DNA of 64,000 nt from Heterodontus francisci. Taxonomy: Eukaryota. This document shows positions 30,901-41,588 of this stretch, piece by piece. The stretch is from NCBI RefSeq assembly GCF_036365525.1, contig NC_090399.1, forward strand, positions 50,686,430 to 50,750,429, in the 5' to 3' direction. Under the pieces are notes generated by a model that searched no databases, was not told the origin of the DNA, and saw only the letters and a program-made list of their open reading frames with translations. A program made the position numbers and the translations under genes. The number at the start of each line of letters is the position of its first letter. Positions within the stretch are counted from its first letter, which is position 1.

Positions 30901-33168
30901 ACTGACACCACCAGATCCCACTGACAATCCCCAACTCACACCACCCGATCCCACTGACAATCTCAAACACACATCACCCGATCCCACTGACAATCCCCAA
31001 CTGACACCGCCAGGTCCCACTGACAATCCCCAACTCACACCACCCGATCCCACTGACAATCTCCAACTCACACCACCCGATCCCACTGACAATCCCCAAC
31101 TCACACCACCCGATCCCACTGACAATCGCCAACTGACACCACCAGATCCCACTGACAATCCCCAACTCACACCACCCGATCCCACTGACAATCCCCAACT
31201 GACACCGCCAGATCCCACTGACAATCTCAAACACACATCACCCGATCCCACTGACAATCCCCAACTGACACCGCCAGATCCCACTGACAATCCCCAGCAC
31301 ACACCACCCGATCCCACTGACAATCCCCAACTCACACCACCCGATCCCCCTGACAATCCCCAACTCACACCACCCGATCCCACTGACAATCCCCAACACA
31401 CACCACCCGATCCCACTGACAATCGCCAACTGACACCACCAGATCCCACTGACAATCCCCAACTCACACCACCCGATCCCACTGACAATCTCAAACACAC
31501 ATCACCCGATCCCACTGACAATCCACAACTCACACCACCCTATCCCACTGACAATCCCCAACTGACACCGCCAGATCCCACTGACAATCCCCAGCACACA
31601 CCACCCGATCCCACTGACAATCCCCAACTCACACCACCCGATCCCCCTGACAATCCCCAACTCTCACATCCCGATCCCACTGACAATCCCCAACTCACAT
31701 CACCCGATCCCACTGGCAGTCCCCAACTCACACCACCCGATCCCACTGAGTATTCCCAACTCACACCACCCGATCCCACTGACAATCCCCAACTCACACC
31801 ACCCGATCCCCCTGACAATCCCCAACTCTCACATCCCGATCCCACTGACAATCCCCAACTCACATCACCCGATCCCACTGGCAGTCCCCAAAACACACCA
31901 CCCGATACCACTGACAATCCCCATCACACACCACCCGATCCCACTGACAATCCCCATCACACACCACCCGATCCCACTGACAATCCCCATCACACACCAC
32001 CCGATCCCACTGACAATCCCCAACTCACATCGCCCGATCCCACTGACAATCCCCAACACACACCACCCGATCCCACTGACAATCCCCATCACACACCACC
32101 CGATCCCACTGACAATCCCCAACTGACACCGCCAGATCCCACTGACAATCCCCAGCACACACCACCCGATCCCACTGACAATCCCCAACTCACACCACCC
32201 GATCCCCCTGACAATCCCCAACTCTCACATCCCGATCCCACTGACAATCCCCAACTCACATCACCCGATCCCACTGGCAGTCCCCAAAACACACCACCCG
32301 ATCCCACTGACAATCCCCAACTCACACCACCCGATCCCCCTGACAATCCCCAACTCTCACATCCCGATCCCACTGACAATCCCCAACTCACATCACCCGA
32401 TCCCACTGGCAGTCCCCAAAACACACCACCCGATACCACTGACAATCCCCATCACACACCACCCGATCCCACTGACAATCCCCATCACACACCACCCGAT
32501 CCCACTGACAATCCCCATCACACACCACCCGATCCCACTGACAATCCCCAACTCACATCGCCCGATCCCACTGACAATCCCCAACACACACCGCCAGGTC
32601 CCACTGACAATCCCCTACATACAGCACCCGATCCCACTGACAATCCCCAACTCACACCACCCGATCCCACTGACAATCACCAACACACACCGCCAGGTCC
32701 CACTGACAATCCCCAACATACAGCACCCGATCCCACTGACAATCCCCAACTCATACCACCCGATTCCACTGACAATCACCAACACAGACCGCCAGATCCC
32801 ACTGACAATCCCCAACTCACATCATCCGATCCCACTGACAATCCCCAACTCACACCACCCGATCCCACTGACAATCCCCAACACACACCATCCGATCCCA
32901 CCGACAATCCCCAACACACACCACCCGATCCCACCGACAGTCCCCAACTCACACCACCCGATCCCACCGACAGTCCCCAACTCACACCACCCGATCCGAC
33001 CGACAATCCCCAACACACACCACCCGATCCCACCGACAGTCCCCAACTCACACCACCCGATCCCACTGACCGTCCCCCAAGTCACACCGCCCGATCCCAC
33101 TGACTGTCCCCAACTCACACCGCCCGATCCCACTGACCGTCCCCAACACACACCACCCGATCCCACTG
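9973..33168. repeat. 33-bp tandem array, about 700 units, consensus AATCCCCAACTCACACCACCCGATCCCACTGAC
   Basis: The 33-nt periodicity is directly visible. Many substitution variants are regionally clustered, and 11-aa periodic ORFs run throughout the ORF track. Confidence 0.99.
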
Positions 33169-34726
33169 AACTTTGTTATGATCCCCATGGATCACCAACA
33201 AACCAAATGAATTATGTCCACTGACTGACCCCAATTTAGGAAGCCTGAAAAAAAAAACAAATGGACATGATTTCACTTTTATAAATTTTATTTTAATACT
33301 CAAAAAAATCCAACAGGAATCAAACATGAACTAATGGTTAAATCATGACTGATGCATGTATCTTAACGGTCACACATTAATTAGCAGATGCAGCAAAGGT
33401 AGTCCTGACGGTCCGCTGAAGTGTCTTATCAGCAAAATGGCGTTGAAGAGTTTCACAGTATAACAAGGTCAGGATTTTCCTCTGGTAGGTTTCAAAGTCC
33501 AGTTCTCAAGGTTGCAGATATTGAAGTAATGATGCTTTTGATAGTGAATGAGGCAATCTTCCCTTTAACGGTAGATTTAGTTGCCTCTCAAACCACCTTG
33601 ACCCTCAAAGCACAGTCCTGATGGTGCGGTATCACGGACAAGCAATGATCAGCCCCCAGGCCAGGCTTCTTTTCCAGTAGCCAAACAGCTGCTTTGTGAT
33701 CTGCTTCAACTCCAAGCAGAAACTCACAACTCTGAAAGCAATCATTTAAAAAACAGTGGCACTGCTGACACTGCCAGCCCTCTGATTGGCCAGCAGCTCA
33801 TGGAGGCGAGATTCCCGACTTTAAAGGGACGGGGATCCCGTCTCCTGAAACTTACATTTATAAACACCAGAGGATCACTCCGGGGGAGGGGGGTGCTGCA
33901 AAAATGCAGAGGTGGTGTTCCCCTCACCTTTTCAGTCCAGCCCTGCCTCCCCTACACAAAATCCAGCCTTCATGTGGAAACTCTGTTTTGTACAACTTGA
34001 GTTTATTTCTTTGGGACGATCCCTAATTTGATGATGGGGTTTTCCAGGTTGGAAGTCAAACCCAGGTTTGACCAACAAACATTCTGCGATTCAAAACTTG
34101 TTCTTTTTTTAACCAAGATCATTTGACTGGAAGTTTTTAGTTTCACTTTTGTCAAGAAAACACCAGAGAGTGTTAGATTAGCAAAAAGAGCTGGATGTAT
34201 TTTTTAAAGGTGGTCACTGCTGGTACTGCAGAGGCCTCAGACACAGCACAGCGGTGGAACTCCAGAACAGAGGTAGGTGAGGCGGGGTAGTGGGGGACTG
34301 GGGGGTTGTCTCACGGTCCAAGGGGGAGGAAGATCCCGAGGGTGAATTGGTTCTCACTGGGGGCCACCATGGGCCACAAATAGCCCACAAAGGAGGGACC
34401 TCCCCCCCCCCCCCACACAAGCCCACAGTCAGGATGCCACGTTTTACAAGACATCCATCCCACACAGCGAAGGGCCTCCCCCAGCAGCGGTAAGATCCCA
34501 GCAGTGGTGGGAAAGGCCCCTAATTGGCTGATCACTTCAGTGCCTCAATTGGTCACTGGGTAGGAAGGCCATCATCGGCTTATCCCATCCCAGGGAAGAT
34601 CGCTGGGGGAACGGAGAGGCAATGGGACATCCACCCTGCCGCCATCCGTCGCAATACTTTGTGTCCCTCCACCTCCGACCTGTCACGGGCAGGCCGTAAA
34701 ATCCAGCCCAAAAAATTCATAACATC

Positions 34727-35915
34727 ATCCCCAACACACGCCACCCAATTCCACTGACAATCCCCAACTCACAACACCCGATCCCACTGACAATCCCCAA
34801 CTCACACCACCCAGTCCCACTGACAATCCCCAACTCACACCACCCAGTCCCACTGACAATCCCCAACTCACAACACCCAATCCCACTGACAATCCCCAAC
34901 TCACAACACCCAATCCCACTGACAATCCCCAACTCACACCACCCGATACCACTGACAATCTCAAACACACATCACCCGATCCCACCGACAATCCCCAACA
35001 CACACCACCCGATCCCACTGACAGTCCCCAACTCACAGCACCCGATCCCACTGACAATCCCCAACACACACCACCCGATACCACTGACAATCTCAAACAC
35101 ACATCACCCGATCCCACCGACAATCCCCAACACACACCACCCGATCCCACTGACAGTCCCCAACTCACAGCACCCGATCCCACTGACAATCCCCAACACA
35201 CACCACCCGATCCCACTGACAATCCCCAACTCACAACACCCAATCCCACTGACAATCCCCAACTCACACCACCCAGTCCCACTGACAATCCCCAACTCAC
35301 AACACCCAATCCCACTGACAATCCCCAACTCACAACACCCAATCCCACTGACAATCCCCAACTCACACCACCCGATACCACTGACAATCTCAAACACACA
35401 TCACCCGATCCCACCGACAATCCCCAACACACACCACCCGATCCCACTGACAGTCCCCAACTCACAGCACCCGATCCCACTGACAATCCCCAACACACAC
35501 CACCCGATCCCACTGACAATCCCCAACTCACAACACCCAATCCCACTGACAATCCCCAACTCACACCACCCAGTCCCACTGACAATCCCCAACTCACACC
35601 ACCCAATCCCACTGACAATCCCCAACTCACACCACCCAGTCCCACTGACAATCCCCAACTCACAACACCCAATCCCACTGACAATCCCCAACTCACAACA
35701 CCCAATCCCACTGACAATCCCCAACTCACAACACCCGATCCCACTGACAATCCCCAACTCACAACACCCAATCCCACTGACAATCCCCAACTCACAACAC
35801 CCGATCCCACTGACAATCCCCAACTCACAACACCCAATCCCACTGACAATCCCCAACTCACAACACCCGATCCCACTGACAACCATGAATGCGCACCACC
35901 TGATCTCACTGATAG
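34727..35915. repeat. Second block of the same 33-bp array, about 36 units
   Basis: Same consensus with block-specific variants (ACAACACCCAAT, CCCAGTCCC); degenerates at its right end. Confidence 0.97.
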
Positions 35916-36354
35916 TCCCGAACACGTCACGATCTTACTCATTGTCTGCAACTCACATCACCAGTATCTTAATGCCTTGTAACGTATCTCTCCCCTCGCG
36001 CACTGTGCATGTTCCTTGTCTCTGTGTGTACAAAGTACAAGGTGTTGTAAATATTGTAACACTTATACATGTCATTTGGTCCAAAGGATCCATGCCAGTG
36101 TTCATGCTCCACATGTCTCATCCCACCTTTCTTCATCTAACTCCATCAGTATTATCTTCTGTTCCTTTCGTCCTCATCTGCTTGTCTAGCTTCGCGTTAA
36201 ATTCTTATATGCTTTCTGCTTCAACTACCCACTGTTGTTACTGTTTCCACATTCTTACCAGTCTTTGGGTAAAGAAGTTTCTCCTGCATTCCCAAATGGA
36301 TTTATTGGTTACTTTATTATATTTATGGCCACTAATTCTTGACTCACCCATAAT

Positions 36355-37140
36355 GAAGACCATTAAACCATTGTCTATTGTTGTAAAACCCTATCTGGTT
36401 CACTTTAGGGAAGGAAATCTGCTGTCCTTACCTGATCTGGCCTACATGTTACTCTCGGCCCACAGCAATGTGGTTGACTCTTAAAATGCCCTCTGAAATG
36501 GCCTAGCAAGTCACTCAGTTGTACCTAAATGCTAAAAAGTCAATAAGGAATGAAACCGGATGGACCACCTGGAATTGACCACAGCACCAGAAACGACAAT
36601 GGCAAACCCAGCAGTGTCGACTCTGCAAAGTCCTCCTTACTAACATCTGGGGGCTTGTGCCAAAGTTGGGAGAGCTGTCCCACAGACTAGTCAAGCAACA
36701 GCCTGACATAGTCATACTCACGGAATCATACATTACAGATAATGTCCCAGACACTACCATCACCATCCCTGGGTATGTCCTGTCCCACTGGCAGGACAGA
36801 CCCAGCAGAGGTGGTGGCACAGTGGTATGCAGTCAGGAGGCAGTTGCCCTGGGAGTCCGCAATATTGACTCCAGACCTCTTGAAGTCTCTTGGCATCAGG
36901 TCAAACATGGGCAAGGAAACCTCCTGCTGATTGCACCTACAGCGCCCCCTTAGCTGATGAGTCAGTACTCCTCAATGTTGAACAGCACTTGGAGGAAGCA
37001 CTGAGGGTGGCAAGGGCACAGATTGTACTCTGGGTGGGGGTCTTCAATGTCTATCACCAAGAGTGTCTCAGTAGCACCACACTGACTGAGCTGGCCGAGT
37101 CCTAAAGGACATAGCTGCTAGACTTGATCTGCGGCAGATG
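36355..37140 (+). mobile_element. Non-LTR retrotransposon fragment, endonuclease N-terminus
   Basis: NIWGLVPKLGEL...PDIVILTESY...PGY...DRPSRGGG and GVFNVYHQE are APE endonuclease motifs. Confidence 0.8.
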
Positions 37141-37670
37141 GCGAGGAGCAGCATCTCATTTACCGATTTGGCATGCTAGAGCCTACCGGACTGAACATTG
37201 AGTTCAATAATTTCAGAGCATGACTGGTCCCCCTTTTTTATTTTTATTTTTATTTTATTTTAATTTGTTTCATTATTCATTTTTTTTACCATGTGCCTGC
37301 CCACTGTTTTTTTCCATGTTTGTGCTTTTGGCCAGGGCTGTTCATTATTCCGTCATTTAACACCCTCTCTGCACTAACACTTTGTCTTTCACCACACCAT
37401 TAACACACCCTTTACCTTTGCTCCATGACCTTCTGGTGAGTTATTCTCTGTGATCCTCTGTCCTATCAACACCTTCCCTTTTGTTATCTTTTGCCCCACC
37501 CCCGCTTTATTTGCTTAAAACCTATTACCTTACTAATCTTTGCCAGTTCTGATGAAAGGTTAACTCTGCTGCTCTCTCCACAGATGCTGCCAGAGGTGCT
37601 GAGTACTTTCAGCATTTTTGGGTTTATTTCATATTTACAGCATCTGCAGTATTTTGCTTTTATCTTTAAC
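37140..37670 (+). mobile_element. Penelope-associated tail and palindromic repeat fragment
   Basis: GGACTGAACATTGAGTTCAATAATTTCAG matches the 3' part of the 1075-1345 fragment; ends with the CTCTCCACAGATGCTG...CAGCATCTGCAGTATTTTG motif also seen at 57300-57390. Confidence 0.6.
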
Positions 37671-37689
37671 CCCTCTCTTTTTGCTATTA

Positions 37690-38270
37690 TATAGAGTCAT
37701 AGAGTTGTACAGAACAGACACAGGCCCTTCGGCCCATTGTGTCCATGCCAGCCATCAAGCACCTAACTATTCTAATCCCATTTTCCAGCACTTAGCCTGT
37801 AGCCTTGTATGCTATGGCATTTCAAGTGCTCATCTAGATACTTCTTAAATGTTGTGAGGGTTCCTGCCTCTACCACCTCTTCAGGCAGTGCGTTCCAGAT
37901 TCCAACCACCCTCAGGGTGAAAAAATATTTCCTCAAATCCCCTCTAAACCTCCTACTCCTTAACCTAAATCTATGTCCCCTGGTTATTGACCCCTCCGCT
38001 AAGGGAAAAAATTTCTTCCTATATAATCTATCAATGCCCCTCATAATTTTGTATACCTCAATCATGTCACCCTCAGCCTTCTCTGCTCTAAGGAAAGCAA
38101 CCCCAACCTTTTTAGTCTTCTCTTCACAGCTGAAATACTCCAGCCCAGGCAACATCCTGGTGAATCTCCTCTGCACCCTCTCCAGTGCAATCACATCCTT
38201 CCTATAGTGTGGTGCCCAGAACTGTACACAGTACTCCATTTTATACAGCTCCATCATAACCTCCCTGCTT
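37690..38270 (-). mobile_element. CR1 LINE 3' end
   Basis: ORF 37772..38257 [32 protein letters not shown]...TRGHRF. Confidence 0.9.
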
Positions 38271-38274
38271 TCTA

Positions 38275-39390
38275 GTCAGCTTGTTATCCATTGTACTTTT
38301 CCCTGACTCCACATGTTCTGACTTTAGTCACAGTCTACTAAGTGCGACATTATACAAGGTTTTTTGGAAATCCAAATAAATTATATCTATCGCATTACAC
38401 CATTTATTCTTTCTGTTACTTCTTCAAAAAATTCAGTAAGATTGGTCAAGCATGATCTTTCCTTTTCAAATCCATGCCAACTGCTCTTAGTTATATTTTC
38501 CGTTTTTCTGTTTTTTTTAATACATCTTTGAGTAAGGATTCCATTATTTTTTCCTCACATTAACATAAAGCTAATCAATCTATAATTCCCGAGACTTGTT
38601 CTATCTCCATTTTTAATTGTAAGAATCACATAGCTGTCTGTCAGTCCACTGACACTACTCCCTTTTCTAAATTATATATATTTATACACAATATTTTTAT
38701 GTGAACAGATGTAATCCATTCAGACCAGGGGTTTAATTCTCTATAAGTTTGATTAGTTTATCAATGATCCCTCCCTCCCCGCCACCTCTCTCCACCACTT
38801 CCACCTTAAATGTTGTTATATCTTCTTTGTTCTCTTTTTGTAATGTCATTGTTCACCCTGTTAGTCTCTGTGGTAAATAGCAAGGCTAAGTAATTATTTA
38901 ATACTCTGCCACTTTGCTGCCATTTCTGTGAGATTAACATGTGTATTCCTTATTGGCCCTATCCCTATTCAGACTTTTCATTTGTTATCCATATGTCTGT
39001 AGAATACTTCAATTTTTAAAAATGTATTGATAATTTAATATCATAGTTTCTCTTTGTCTATATGTCTTACTCCTTTCTTAACCTGTTCGTGTTTCCTTTT
39101 GTCATGCTGTCCCTTGTTGTCTATGTATTTAGCATATGCCTTTATTTTTCGTTTCAGTTTTACCCTTGTCTCTTTATTCATCCATGGTGTGTCATGACTG
39201 GCTAGTTTGTTCTTGTTCTGTAGTGGAATATATTTCTCCTGGACTCTATTAATCGCCATTTTAAATGTTTCCAACTACTGTTCCAGCTCTTTGATTGTCA
39301 GTAAATGTTTCCAGTTTATTTTCCCTACTTCCATTCCCATTCACCTAAAATCAGCTTTTTTCCAGGTTATTACTTTGTCATTGATTCTAC
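38275..39390 (-). mobile_element. Old, highly decayed CR1-like ORF2 fragment
   Basis: Reverse strand shows remnants of YLDFQK and of EKYIP...PWMNKE (ORF 39041..39274). Confidence 0.55.
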
Positions 39391-39729
39391 ACATTCCCTA
39401 TTTCTGTGTATGTTTCCTAACTTTGTGTGCATATTTACTGCATAGACATTCCCTATCTCACTGTACATGTCCCTATTGCCGTTTACATGTTCACTGTACG
39501 TGTTCCCTATCATGCTATATGTACCCTAACTTTGTGCAGATGTGCATAGCAATAAGGTACATGTTCCCTAACTCTATGTACATGCACACTATCACTGTGT
39601 ACATGTTCACCAATTCTGTATATGTTCACTGTGTATATGTTCCCTACCAGGGTATATGTACCCTATCTCTGTGTACATGTTCCATATATTTATGTTACAA
39701 TGGCATAATTACAAATTTGAAAATGGCAC

Positions 39730-41106
39730 AAAACCATAGTGATAGACTTTAAGAGGCCATAGACAGGCTGGTGGAATGGGTGGGTATTTGTCAATTGAAA
39801 TTTAATGCAGAAAAGTGTGAAGTGATACATTTTGTTGGAAGAATGAGGAAACGCAACATAAAGTAAAGGATATAATTCTAAAGTGGGTGCAGGAGCAGAG
39901 GGACCTGGGGTATATGTACACAAATTGTTGAAGGTGGCAGGGCAGGTTGAGAAAGTGGTTAATAAGGCATACGGGATCCTGTGCTTTATAAATAGAGACA
40001 TCTGGGGAATTTTATCCTGGCAGCAGGGGTCTCGACATCGGGAGAAACTAAAGCCAAGATCCCTGTGTTGCCTCTTTTCCAGAAGGCCCACTGAATATAG
40101 TGCCACTCAGGCATTTAAGTGGACAGTGGTGGACCTTCCATTGGATCTAGGACCCTGTTGCTGGAGGTCTCACCCTTGGAGAGTTGTCAGCCAATCAGAG
40201 GATGTGGAGGTGACCATCCTGGAGGCCATGGAGCTTCACTGGAGACACGCCTCAGGTAGGTCAGGGTGGGAGGGGTCGCAGGGAGGGGGTTCAGGAAGAA
40301 GGGCAGGGTTGACCCTTAGCCTTTTAACAAGAACACCATCCCCTCCCCCGCAGAGCCGGAAGCAACCCGCTAGGGGTTAATTACCCCTAACTTAGTTAAA
40401 GGCCTTAATTGGCAGCAGGGTGGGAAGGCTGTTCACAGGTCTTCCCACCCCGACTAAATTTAGATGGAGGCAGGAAGGCTGGCGACCTCCCTCCCACCAG
40501 CATCCCACCGATTTTATGCTCTCTCAGCCTCCAAACCCACCACGGGGAGCAGCATAACATTCCACCCATAGAATACAAAAGCAAGGAAGTTATGAACATT
40601 TATAAAACCTCAACTGGAGTACTGTGTCCAATTCTGGGCACCACACTTTAGGCAGGATGTAAAGGCATTGGAGAGGATGCAGAAAAGATTCACCAGAATA
40701 GTTGCAGGGGTGAGGAACTTCAATTACATGGATAGATGGGTGAAGCTGGAGCTGTTCTCTTTAGAGGAGAGGTTGAGTGGAAATTTGACAGAGGTGGGGA
40801 GAAACTGTTCCCATTAGCAGAAAGGTCGCAAACCAGAGGACACCGATTTAAGGTGATTGGTAAAAGAACCAGAGGCGAAATGAGGAAAAACCTTTTCATG
40901 CAGCGAGTAGTTGGAATCTAGAATGCACTGCCTGAGAGTGTGGTGGAGGCAGATTCAATGGAGGCTTTCAAAAGAGAATTGGATAATTATCTGAAGAGAA
41001 AAGAAAAGGGGGCAAGGGCAGGCGAGTGAGACTTGGTGAGTAACTGGTACAGAGCCAGCCCGGGCCGAATGGCCTCCTTCTGTGCTGTAACCATTCTATG
41101 ATTCTG
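39730..41106 (+). mobile_element. CR1 LINE 3' portion, interrupted at about 40002-40567
   Basis: FNAEKCEVIHF, KAYGILCFINR, EYCVQFW and TRGHRFKV remnants; ends in a (TTCTATGA)-like tail at about 41093-41106. Confidence 0.85.
40002..40567. mobile_element. Non-autonomous TIR (MITE-like) element inserted in CR1
   Basis: Imperfect inverted ends GGGGAATTTTAT / ATAACATTCCACCC; the CR1 sequence AATAGAGACAT|AGAATACAAAAGCAAGG rejoins across it. Confidence 0.6.
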
Positions 41107-41230
41107 TGTTCCCTATCTCCGTGTAGGTGGGTTTCATATTTATATAAATAAAAACAAAATACTGCGGATGCTGGATACATGTTCCTAACTCTGAACATAA
41201 CTATGTGAGATCAGTCTGTTACTGGTCCTG

Positions 41231-41450
41231 GGTTTCGCTTTCACCGCTCCTGCTACCCCGCCCTCCTCACCCTTGTCCCGTTTCATAAACTGTACAGTGG
41301 CTCTTTACCCGGAGACGGATGACTCGGAGGGGCCGAAAATTGCGATTGGCTGAAATTGTGCTAGTGGGCGGGGCTGAGCGCGGCTGGGTGATTTGTGATT
41401 GGTGTTCGGCCGCATGTTTGTTGCAGTTTAACCAGAAGCCCAGGAAGTGA
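41231..41450 (+). promoter_or_regulatory. b2m proximal promoter: ISRE, X1/X2-Y module, GC box, second CCAAT, ETS site
   Basis: GGTTTCGCTTTC (41231-41242); X-like CCCGGAGACGGATG (41308-41321) overlapping TGACTC; 20-bp spacer; Y box GCGATTGGC (41342-41350); GGGCGGGG (41366-41373); ATTGG (41398-41402); CAGGAAGTG (41441-41449); locally CpG-rich. Confidence 0.8.
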
Positions 41451-41533
41451 GGAGCAGAAGCTGAGAGAGAGAACGCAGTGAGAAGACGCTGAAGTTGCAG
41501 AGAGAGAGAGAGAGAGAGAACCTGAATACAGTT

Positions 41534-41588
41534 ATGATGTGGAAAATATTGGGAGTCCTGGCCTCGATGGTGGCCCTGAGCCTGGCGA
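41534..41588 (+). CDS. b2m: b2m exon 1 coding part (signal peptide)
   Basis: ATGATGTGG...CTGGCGA followed by the consensus donor GTAAGT at 41589; encodes MMWKILGVLASMVALSLA plus 1 nt. Confidence 0.9.

Noticed and set aside
9973-33168. CRISPR array
   Set aside because: Units are contiguous with no unique spacers, there are no cas genes, and the context is vertebrate.
9903-35951. Dozens of long ORFs (GIVSGIGWCEL, SVGSGGVSWGL and TIPNSHHPIPL repeats) as genes
   Set aside because: They are by-products of an 11-codon repeat unit: the frames are repeatedly broken by stop-creating variants and overlap on both strands.
35885-39752. ORFs 35885..36484 (199 aa) and 39207..39752 (181 aa)
   Set aside because: They run across antisense LINE debris and a degenerate TGTACATGTTCCCTA repeat, with no recognisable domain.
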